A stretch of 63,020 bases of DNA, counting the filler, from Octopus bimaculoides (Eukaryota): assembly GCF_001194135.2 (NCBI RefSeq). It is 8 parts of 7 records of this genome, joined end to end, with 100 filler letters (N's around TTAATTAATTAA, not from the genome) between each part and the next. Parts side by side here need not be neighbours in the genome. Positions count along the whole stretch, not along the records: positions 52,319 to 60,928 come from NW_026310798.1; positions 61,029 to 63,020 come from NC_068995.1; 6 more parts are not named here. The stretch is one strand, 5' to 3'. A program made the position numbers and the translations under genes. The notes under the pieces are model-generated. The model saw nothing but the letters and a program-made list of their open reading frames with translations, searched no databases and was not told where the DNA came from. Positions within the stretch are counted from its first letter, which is position 1; every line of letters starts with the position of its first letter. This document shows, in pieces, positions 52,414 through 63,020 of this stretch.

Positions 52414-55400
52414 GTCAGGTCGCGTATGAGGCTCTCATAAGTGCTACAGGTAACATGTAATGTAATCCAGTACAACCTGTTGCATGGTCAGGTTGCCGGC
52501 GACTAAACTGGCACCTCCACCAGGCTATCCTGGTGAGGAGGGTTGCTAGAAACCCATCAGGATTAAAAACAAGACCTGTTGAAAGCTCGGATGGACCTAG
52601 TGCAGGCTCATCGGCTATCTAACAATAGCACGAGTATGCAGAAATTCCAGGACGGTGTCCGGCGTGCTGAAAGACCACTGAGAGGGAGGCAACCTTCAGC
52701 TTTTGTTGAAGCATGTCTCTAGGAGAAGGTCACTCTGATATAAAATCAGATATGCAGGGAATGGCATTGGACATTTTGGGGATCTTTGGTTTGTGCTAGA
52801 GATCACGGCGCTCCCACATCCCTGAGCCTGCGACTCATATTGGCGCCAGACATCCTGCTCCGGCTTGTCTCTGGATAATGTCAATAAAGTGGAGAGGGTC
52901 TATGAGGTGTTGTGCAAGCCTTATTGGACATAAAACTCTGCACAGGCATTGCTGACCTCTGTTCGATATGTGCATTTAAAACATTTTTTTTTCTTTCCCC
53001 TGAAATATATTTATCTTATTTTTAGTATATATTTTCTTCATTGTTAGTATATATTTATATATTTTTAGTTTTTTTTTTATTCGGAAGTCCTGCTACGATG
53101 GGAAGGTGGTGAAGCATGCAGACCTGACGGGTTGGAAGCATGTAGTCAGCAACCTGCATGTAGGCGGCCCATGCTAGGTATAAAGTCGTCTCTTTGTCGC
53201 CCAAGACAGCGGTAGGATTCAGTTGCTGCATGGGTGTCTGAGCAGCTCCATTTGGAGAAGGCACTGCCCACCCAGAGGCCAGGGAGGTTCTAGAAAAGGT
53301 GAACCAAAAATTGCTTGTCTTTCCATATCTGGTCAGTTTAGCGCGACTGACGGATGTCCATCCTGCGCTCGAAAAACAAAGTCTTTTATTTATAAAATCT
53401 GGACGCAACATAAACATTTCATGTTGAAATGTGCACACTCTGTTGGACAACAAGAGTGATTGTAGGTCTGAAAGAAGCACTGCACTTGTTGCTTGTGAGC
53501 TGAACTGTTATAACATTGATATTGCTGCGCTCTCAGAGACTCGTATAGAAGGTGATGGTCAGCTTGAGGAAGTAGGAGGTGGATACACCTTTTTTTGGAA
53601 GGGAAGGCAGAAGGAGGAGCGCAGAGAGGCTGGTGTTGGTTTTGCAGTTCGATCTGATATCCCTAAGAAGTTGGAAGAGCTCCCTGTTTGCTACTCTAAT
53701 AAGTGCCTATGCACCTACTTTGACTAGCTGTGATGAAGATAAAACAATCTTTTATACCCAGCTGAGAGCCATACTTAGAAAAATCCCCAATTCTGATAAA
53801 GTCATTCTACTGGGTAATTTTAATGCCAGGTTTGGAACAGACTGGCAAACATGGAGCTCTCTAGGACGTTTTGGAGTAGAGAAAATGAATAGCAATGGTC
53901 TCATGCTACTGGAGCTTTGCGAAGGACATGGACTTTACATCGCAAGCACTCATTTTATGCACAAAGGTGACCACACAACAACATGGATGCATCCAAGGTC
54001 TAAAGTTTGGCACTTGCTGGATTATGTCATCATCCGCAAGTGCGAAATCTATGACATTTGTAATGTCAAGTCCTTTCATGGATCGGAATGCTGGACAGAC
54101 CACAGTCTGGTGCAAGTAAAGTTTCGAATGATGATTAGAGTGAAAGAGAGAAGAGGACCAGTCAGCATTCCTCGCCGTCTAAATGTCCACAAGGTATATG
54201 ATGCTGTGGTTAGGAAAGAGCTTCAGACTTACTTGTCCAGCATTGAAACTGCTGCAGCATGGGAGGATTTTCGAGACCAGGTTCTACAATGTGCAGCCGA
54301 AACACTGGGATATGTTATTCCCAGACACAGAGACTGGTTTGATGAACATGATGCTGAAGTTCAGCGACTATTGGTGGTAAAGCGCCATGCCCACAATGTA
54401 TTGCTACACAGAGAACTGTCTACTGTGCAGCAAAGTCTAGCACTTGCCCACTATAACAGTGTAAAATCACTACTGCAGCGATCTCTCAGGAAGATGCAGA
54501 ACACTTGGTGGGAGGATCTTGCTCGTGATGTTCAGGCTGCTGCTGATGCAAATGACAGCAAGAAGCTTTACCATCTTATGAAGCAAGCTTATGGACCCAA
54601 GAGCTCCACATCAGCTCCTTTGCTTTCCAAGGAGTCTTCGACCCTGTTTACTAAATCAACAGAAATCACAGGTCGCTGGATTGAACACTTCTCTGAACTC
54701 CTAAACCATGAGTCAGTTGTGGATGAAACAGTGATTGATACTATGCAACAAAGACCTATCATTGGCTCCTTAGACTCCTCGCCCTCAATAGATGAAGTAA
54801 TGACATCAATAAGTAAATCGAATCTTGGCAGGGCACCTGGAAAGGATGGAATTTGTGCTGAGGTCTTGCGATTTGGTGGTATTTATATCACACAGTCCCT
54901 TCATGTGCAGTCTGGAGGGATGGTGCAATCCCTAAGGACTGGAAGGATGCAATTATTCTTCCTGTATATAAAGGAAAAGGAACCAGAACAATGTGTGGTA
55001 ACTACAGAGGTATTGCTCTACTATCAGCTGCTGGCAAGGTTCTGGCAAATATTCTTCTTACCCGTCTGAATGGGTGTCTCGTAAATGATGTCCTATCTGA
55101 ACCTCAATGTGGCTTCCGATCTGGTAGAGGGACAATGGATATGATTTTCACAGCAAGACAGATGCAGGAGAAGTGCTATGGGCAGAATATGGATTTTGTC
55201 CAGATATTCATTGATTTAACAAAGGCCTTTGATACTGTAAATAGGGCCTTTCAATGGAAAATACTTGGCAAACTTGGATGTCCAGATCACTTTGTATTTA
55301 TAATTAAATCATTTCATGATGGGATAGAGGCTTGGGTCAATGTTGGTGGTGGCATTGCGGGACCCATTCCTGTAGAGAATGGTGTCAAGCAGGGTGACAT

Positions 55401-56582
55401 CCTTGCCCCAACTCTCTTTTCTTTGTACTTTGCTACTGCTTTTACTCATGCTTTTGCTAAGGTTAGCTCTCTGGGAATATATGTCAGATATCAATCTTCT
55501 GGCCGCCTCTTTAATCTTCGCCGATTTGCTGCCAATTCAAAGGTTCTCCAGTCTATTATTCGTGGCCTCCTTTATGCAGATGACTGTGACTTTGTCACTC
55601 ATACAATGAATGATATGCAAATACTCATGAATTGCATTTCTGTNNNNNNNNNNNNNNNNNNNNNNNNNNNNNNNNNNNNNNNNNNNNNNNNNNNNNNNNN
55701 NNNNNNNNNNNNNNNNNNNNNNNNNNNNNNNNNNNNNNNNNNNNNNNNNNNNNNNNNNNNNNNNNNNNNNNNNNNNNNNNNNNNNNNNNNNNNNNNNNNN
55801 NNNNNNNNNNNNNNNNNNNNNNNNNNNNNNNNNNNNNNNNNNNNNNNNNNNNNNNNNNNNNNNNNNNNNNNNNNNNNNNNNNNNNNNNNNNNNNNNNNNN
55901 NNNNNNNNNNNNNNNNNNNNNNNNNNNNNNNNNNNNNNNNNNNNNNNNNNNNNNNNNNNNNNNNNNNNNNNNNNNNNNNNNNNNNNNNNNNNNNNNNNNN
56001 NNNNNNNNNNNNNNNNNNNNNNNNNNNNNNNNNNNNNNNNNNNNNNNNNNNNNNNNNNNNNNNNNNNNNNNNNNGCTAATATCTTGAGTATTGAGGCAAT
56101 GGTGCACAAGCACCGGTTACGTTGGACTGGACACGTTATTAGAATGAAGGATAACAGGATTCCTAAGCAGATGCTATATGGAAAACTTGTGAATGGAAGG
56201 AGACTCCGGCAGAAACCAAGGCTGTGATTTAAGGACTGTCAAGTCCTCATTAAAGGCCTGTGATATGCAGGACACTGACTGGGAGAACAATGCCTGTCAT
56301 CACCACCGATGGAGGAAGCAGGTTAAGGAGGGGATCGACACTTTTGAGAGAGCACGTATCCAACATGAAGAACTTACGTGAGCTGCTCGAAAGTGCACGG
56401 CTCATATAGTGAATGGGGAAAGCTTGGTCTGCAATGTTTGCAGTTGTGTATGCATGTCAAGAGCAGGGCTTATTAGCCACCAATGGAGCTGCAAATGCAA
56501 AATATAAGTTAGTCCAAGAGCGCACAATGTTCCTGAAGGTTAGCAATGGTCTACCTCGGTCACAAGTGGACGGCCATCATCA
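52414..56582 (+). mobile_element. Long decayed RTE-clade LINE (APE endonuclease, RT, C-terminal zinc finger); frameshifted, with part of the RT in a gap. The 5' boundary is uncertain
   Basis: NVHTLLD...IDIAALSETR...GYTFFWKG...GVGFA; LLGNFNARFG; TWMHPRSKVWHLLDYVI; NYRGIALLSAAGK; QCGFRSGRGT; FIDLTKAFDTV; GVKQGDILAPTLF; LLYADD; LRWTGHVIRM; CNVCSCVCMSRAGLISH; short (CAT) tail. Confidence 0.95.
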
Positions 56583-57126
56583 TATATATATATAATACAA
56601 AATGGGACAAGAACGCAAAACATCCCGACAGTTAGGTGATACAAGAAAGGGATACAAAGTAAACAAGGACAGGTCATTCGGAGTTTTCTTTCCTCAGTTG
56701 AGATCCAGATTATCTTTGCAATTTCGGCTTGTTATTTTTGATATTGCTCCAGTCTAGCCAGTCCCAAGGGAAAACTAAGCTAAGAGCATTAGATTCCTTG
56801 GAAGAAAGCAGCGAATGTATTCAAAAACAAGGACGGAAAAAAACGAACAATGTTACACAAATACAATAAAAATAATAACAGGACATAACAACAGGTGTCT
56901 TTCGACTAAGGACTAATTGAATTAAGCTGGCATGTGTGGAAATAAAGCCTTATGGCAGGGGTACATGATTTCGCAGGCACAGGGAGGAATATCAATGTTG
57001 CACACACAACGGCCGGCCAAGAAATAAAGATCAGGCTTGGCCGAACGCCGGTCATGTGGGAAGAGAAGAGAGAGGTAGAGGCAGAGGGACAAAAGGATGA
57101 AGAAGGGGCAAGAAAAAATGACAGGG

Positions 57127-57176
<50 letters not shown>

Positions 57177-57361
57177 AATTTATAAAAAAACAAAAGACAA
57201 AGACAGGTGTGTAAACAACAAATAGGTGTATTAGTTTAATGCTCAGGAAGGTGAGAAAGTCTTTTGTTTCGAGCCTGCGCTCTTCAAGAGAAAGGAACAC
57301 GAGAAAATAAACAGAGAATAGAAAAAGGTTTAGTGGCTAGTGGTCATATATATATATATAT

Positions 57362-58310
57362 ATATAAAACAAATAATAAATGAGTATATGCATATATACG
57401 TACAGGTATGTGCATACCTACGTCTACCTGTATATATAGGTGCATATCTGGGTACAGGACATTACAAACAAAACGTAGACACAAAAAAATAATAACCAGA
57501 GTACAGAACACACACAGGCCACATAGAGAACATTTTCCTTCATCAGCTACCCCCATTCTAACACAGGCGTTTCGAAGAGTAAGGCAGGACGCATCGTTAA
57601 AATGACTCTTCCCACGGACCACAAATTAAATTTGTATACACAAATTAAACTTGTACCAAGGAGGAATGTAATGGCAGACAGAAAACAAGACAGGAAAACA
57701 AACAGAAAAGAAAACAAGTCAGGAAAACAAACGGAAAAGGCTATACAGCCAGACTTGAAAAATTATGTGTATTTTGAACGCTGTGAAGCAACGAACTGGA
57801 AGCCGGACGAAGTAAGTTCGCATGTTTGCTCGGCGATAGCCAAGGAAGAAAAGAATTAGAACTGGACACATGTGACCAGCGAGGGGTAAGGAAGAGAGGG
57901 AGTGGTAGAGGGGGAAACAAGGGGAGGAAGTAGAAAATAGGTGAGCAACGAGAGGAAGAGAGGAATATAGTAGTAACAGAAGGAAGAACGAGAGGGGGAA
58001 AGAGAGAGATATAGTAGTAACAGAAGGAAGAACGAGAGGGGTAAAGAGAGAGACACGTAGTAGTAACAGAAGGAAGAACAAGAGGGGGAAAAAAGTTATA
58101 GAGATAGATAGTCGCGTCAGAAAATATAAAGTTCAAAAACTACTTACAGGGAATGACGCGGGCGTTCGATCATGTAAAACAAATAATAAATGAGTATATG
58201 CATATATACGAACAGGTATGTGCATACCTACCTGTATATATAGGTGCATATCTGAGTACAGGACATTGACCGCTAGCCACTAAAGCTTTTTATTTTCTCG
58301 TGTTCCTTGT
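57362..58310. mobile_element. Composite (TA)n-flanked, probably PLE-derived structure: direct repeat (57365-57460 and 58175-58268) plus an inverted fragment of the adjacent 57.3-kb repeat
   Basis: aaaacaaataataaatgagtatatgc...tacaggacatt occurs twice. gctagccactaaa...ttctcgtgttcctt (about 58270-58310) is the reverse complement of parts of 57293-57345. Confidence 0.55.
57968..58100. repeat. Minisatellite of about 40 bp, 3 copies
   Basis: TAGTAGTAACAGAAGGAAGAACGAGAGGGG unit. Confidence 0.85.
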
Positions 58311-59859
58311 ATATATATATATATATATATATCATAAATATATAGGGATTGACAGTAACCTGCTTCTCCAACATACTGAGAATTCAGAAATAGCAGTCAA
58401 AGAACTACTGATTTCAAAACTACAAATTATTACTCCAGATTGATAGCGATATTTTTGATACACACAGAACAAAAAACAGTAGAGAAGAGTAAAAAAAACA
58501 GTAGAGAAGAGTAAAAAAACCNNNNNNNNNNNNNNNNNNNNNNNNNNNNNNNNNNNNNNNNNNNNNNNNNNNNNNNNNNNNNNNNNNNNNNNNNNNNNNN
58601 NNNNNNNNNNNNNNNNNNNNNNNNNNNNNNNNNNNNNNNNNNNNNNNNNNNNNNNNNNNNNNNNNNNNNNNNNNNNNNNNNNNNNNNNNNNNNNNNNNNN
58701 NNNNNNNNNNNNNNNNNNNNNNNNNNNNNNNNNNNNNNNNNNNNNNNNNNNNNNNNNNNNNNNNNNNNNNNNNNNNNNNNNNNNNNNNNNNNNNNNNNNN
58801 NNNNNNNNNNNNNNNNNNNNNNNNNNNNNNNNNNNNNNNNNNNNNNNNNNNNNNNNNNNNNNNNNNNNNNNNNNNNNNNNNNNNNNNNNNNNNNNNNNNN
58901 NNNNNNNNNNNNNNNNNNNNNNNNNNNNNNNNNNNNNNNNNNNNNNNNNNNNNNNNNNNNNNNNNNNNNNNNNNNNNNNNNNNNNNNNNNNNNNNNNNNN
59001 NNNNNNNNNNNNNNNNNNNNNNNNNNNNNNNNNNNNNNNNNNNNNNNNNNNNNNNNNNNNNNNNNNNNNNNNNNNNNNNNNNNNNNNNNNNNNNNNNNNN
59101 NNNNNGCATCTTTTCATTTTGCAATTTCTTTTTCATTCCAGCCACCCCCTCACCATCCAAGTCTGAAACGAATTTTGACCATTTTTTTTTCACTACGCTT
59201 TTAAAACCTATGAGAGAAACGTTTTCAGTTTTTAAAAAATTGTTAATAATTTCAGATTTAAGGGAGATCTGGCTGTTGTTTCTAGCACATCCCAAAACCT
59301 CCCACCTCGTTTCTTTCTCATACATCTATTTTTCAATATATTTCTCCTTATCAACAAATTTTATGGAATGAGGATGTCAAAGTAACACACTTGTAGTCCC
59401 AACCAAGCCGTGTTATGTGTGTGTGTAAGAAATAAAAACACCTAAAAACATCTTAAGTGTTGATATTAATCCGTCAAATGTAATGAATATTTGTTAACGT
59501 TATTTTGAAATATTCAGGTTCAAGAAGGGTGTCCAAAATATTTGCTTGTAACGCTAGAAATTTTTTACATACAGATTTGAAATTTTCTCAGTGGGTGCTT
59601 TATATATCACTGGTTTATAGCTATGCAATTTTAGCTGTTCTTGCTGAGTAAATTTTATTTTTATTGGCAAGTAAATATAATTAACAGATGTAAAAGCAAT
59701 AACATAGATAAATACTAAAATTGAAATTCTTAATGCATCTTACCTGTTTGATTAACAAATCAAGTTAAAATTGTCCTGGATGGTAACCAGCACTTTTTGA
59801 TATGAGGTACATTACTTTGATTTAATTAAAATACAGGTATAATAGGTCTTTTGTCATTG

Positions 59860-60400
59860 CTTCTGTGAGGCCCAAAGTTCGAAGGTCATGCTTCATCACC
59901 TCATCCCATGTCTTCCTGGGTCTCCCCCTACCCCGGACTCCATCCACTGATTGGGAGTAGCACTTCTTCACATAGCTCTCCTTGTCCATTCACAGTACAT
60001 GATCATTACCAACACAAACGTCTCTCTTGCACTCCACATCCAAAGCTTCTTATGTCCAACATTTCTCTCAGGGTGCTTACCTTCTGTCGTGTGTGCACAC
60101 TGACTTTACACATCCAGCGGATCATGCTAGCTTCATTTCTTTTGAACCTATGCATGTCTTCAGCAGTCACGGCCCATGTTTCACTGCCGTGAAGCATAGT
60201 AGTTCACACATATGCATCATACAATCTACCTTTCACTCTGAAGGAGAGGCCATTTGTCAACAGTCGGGATAGAAGCTTTCTAAACTTTTCCCAGGCTATT
60301 CTTAACCTAGTGGTAACACTCTCTGAGCATCCACCCCCACTACAGACTTGGTCTCCTAGGTAGCAGGAGCTATCAACTACTTCTAGATTCTACCCCTAGC
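59860..60400 (-). pseudogene. RTE LINE C-terminal fragment from a second family
   Basis: MLHGSETWAV...EASMIRWMC...QERRLCW, followed by an RGRPRKTW-like motif. Confidence 0.85.
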
Positions 60401-60674
60401 ATGTGATGGAGTTTGTTTTCTGAGCATCTGTGGTGTTTATTGCCCCTGTACATCTGCTGCACATGAAAGCTATCTACCTGTTTTATCTTGATGTACGTAT
60501 GTATATATATAATATATATAAGTATATATATATATATAACACACACATGCACACACACACACACACATATATATATATACGGAAGATGGCAAGGATTATA
60601 AATTTTGTACGACTTAATAGAGTTGGCTCTGTTTAGTTACATATTGTAATTAACAGTGGATTGTAATTTACTTA

Positions 60675-60878
60675 TTCAATTTTTTCATCGATGCGGTTGT
60701 ACATAGGGTAAATGTGCTTGAGAGTTGTGGTCTCTTTGGTTTGTTTTAGTGCTATTGACACTGCCGGATTGAATGGTACTACCCAGGTGTCAAAGCCATA
60801 ATGATATCCATAGGGTAGCTGATGATGTAGGTATGTTGGATTGTTAGTATGGCTGTGAAATAGTATTATAACACATCC
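60675..60878 (-). pseudogene. Possible Helitron Rep fragment
   Basis: Stop-free frame of about 68 codons containing FDTWVVPFNP, similar to the Helitron motif DNRWVVPYNP. Only one motif supports this. Confidence 0.3.
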
Positions 60879-60883
60879 TTTTC

Positions 60884-60928
<45 letters not shown>

Positions 60929-61170
60929 NNNNNNNNNNNNNNNNNNNNNNNNNNNNNNNNNNNNNNNNNNNNTTAATTAATTAANNNNNNNNNNNNNNNN
61001 NNNNNNNNNNNNNNNNNNNNNNNNNNNNAGTGGAACTGAACTCGGAACCATGTGGTTGGGAAGCAAGCCGCTTACCACACAGCCACTTCAGTTCATATAT
61101 AATTTATTATTACAGTAAATGTCATTTATATAAATAAATTACAACTAGACAGACAGACAGACAGACAGAC

Positions 61171-61229
<59 letters not shown>

Positions 61230-61963
61230 CAGACAGACACAAACTCTAATCATTTCATTTATTTTGTATTACTCTGCACGTTACATAGAAATCTTATTTT
61301 CAGTGGGGATTGGGTTCAGTAAAAACGGAAATATGTATTACCATTTATGAAATACTGAATTATGAGCACGAAAAGCAAATAGGAAATAGTTGTTTTACAA
61401 GATTCAACATACTTGCAGATCAAACTTTCAACAAACAAGCAACAGAAAAAAAAAGAGAAATACAGAAAAGAAAGACAGCCGTTGCAGCTGCAAGTAGTGG
61501 TTGACGTTAAAAGGTGAGTAGAAAATGTCTAACAGTTTTCGCCCTTTCATTGGTTACATATATATATATATATATATGTATGTCTATACACACACACCCA
61601 TACATATTCCAACATCAACAGTGGAATTTAATTTTCTTTCCTTTAGTGATCGCTATATTACGTCTCATGTTAAAGGTTACTACCTAGACAATACAGTAAC
61701 ATGGGCTGACATTAAAATTACCGAAAGAATAGCAGAAATATTAATAATCCGAAACACTGAAAAAAAAAAAAATCATCGATTTTTGCAGGATGTAATACAT
61801 ATGTTTAGCAGCTGACTCGAAATGTCCCCGAATGTTTAATACTTTCCGATGGAACATAACTTCATTTTGAATGCAACGTTCGGTGACATCTGTATGAAAG
61901 AGCATCTTGGAGACAGTCTACAAATTACGACAAAATACTACTACTACTACTACTAGTATCTCC

Positions 61964-62023
<60 letters not shown>

Positions 62024-62635
62024 CATTTTATGATATGCAAATTATGATACCCTGTTTCATTGTCTGGAATAAAATATATGTCTGACTTGTTAATGTTCTA
62101 AGAGTCAGCTGGTCATTAGAATTCAAAATCCCATTTAAAATCAATAAAATATACAGCACATATGGTGAGTGCAAATTGTGAGGCACTTTGGGTAAAGTGC
62201 CGCGGAGCCATCCTTTTACTACAAACCTGAACCGACTAATGATGGTGTTGATTGAATTTGGTAGGGACGGTCACTGTACGGAGGCCTATCGCAGACATGC
62301 ATACACCTTTCACCATTTGTGTCTTGCTTGTTTCAGTCGTTAGACTGCGGCCATGCTGGGGCATCACCTTGAAGCATTTTAGTCGAGAGAGTCGACCCCC
62401 CCCCCCNNNNNNNNNNNNNNNNNNNNNNNNNNNNNNNNNNNNNNNNNNNNNNNNNNNNNNNNNNNNNNNNNNNNNNNNNNCCCCCCCCCCCAGAACTTGT
62501 GTTTTGAAAACCTGTTACTTATTCTATCGGTATCTTTTACTGAATCGTTAAATTACGGTGGCGTAAACACACCAATGCAGGTTGTCATGCGGGGGTGAAG
62601 GACAAACACACACATACACACACACACACACACGT

Positions 62636-62670
<35 letters not shown>

Positions 62671-62801
62671 TATTTATATGAATGTGTGTGTGTATATATA
62701 TATATAGTTAAAAAAACACAAAAAACAATAACAAAAAAACAACACAGTGAGGACGTGATACGGATAGTGTTATTGGACGCTCGGGAAAGGAATGAGAGAA
62801 A

Positions 62802-62838
62802 GTATGACGTTTCGGGCGAAGCCCTTCGTCGGAGAGAC
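62802..62838 (-). ncRNA. Hammerhead-like motif with variant core CCGACGA
   Basis: TGTCT-CCGACGA-A-GGGC(TTC)GCCC-GAAAC-GTC-ATACT; helix I is imperfect. Confidence 0.45.
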
Positions 62839-63020
62839 AGAAAGTTCGGAGAATGGAAAAACGGAGGAAGAGGAAAATGGCACCGATGCCCACGAGGTTA
62901 CATTGTGAAAGGACCGGAAGAGGAGGTGGTGGGGGAAAAGTTCTTACTAAGACAGGAGAGTGAAAAAGGGAGGTGAATATCTGTGCGTGCGCGAGAGTCT
63001 GCGAGTGTGTGTGTGATAAC

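Noticed and set aside
56660-56720. CTGAGGA/CTGATGA motif in the repeat shared with 42912-42990 as a hammerhead
   Set aside because: It is followed by GAAT rather than GAAA, and helices I and II are poor.
57530-57620. GAAAC and CTGATGA on the minus strand as a permuted hammerhead
   Set aside because: I could not assemble consistent helices or a valid cleavage triplet.

Overview
AT-rich, gap-ridden eukaryotic genomic DNA. The repeat families suggest an Octopus (coleoid cephalopod) draft assembly; this is an inference from recognising the repeats, not a search result. Most of the window is microsatellites, tRNA-derived SINEs, RTE/CR1 LINE remnants (one long, decayed RTE at 52.4-56.6 kb), mariner relics and MITEs. 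The only well-supported host coding sequence is a pair of phase-compatible minus-strand exons (30395-30814 and 28326-28449) of an unidentified Tyr-motif-rich protein. The most interesting signal is that several unrelated short repeat families each carry a minimal type I hammerhead-ribozyme (HHR) fold of the kind known from Penelope-like elements (PLEs). Several are arranged as head-to-head inverted pairs. One pair (18353-18880) is a palindromic dimer of a tRNA-headed SINE fused to an HHR tail, flanked by a 14-bp direct repeat. A pri-miRNA-like hairpin lies at 47710-47793. No CRISPR array, rRNA or convincing functional tRNA was seen. All folds and translations were done by eye, and most repeat boundaries are approximate.
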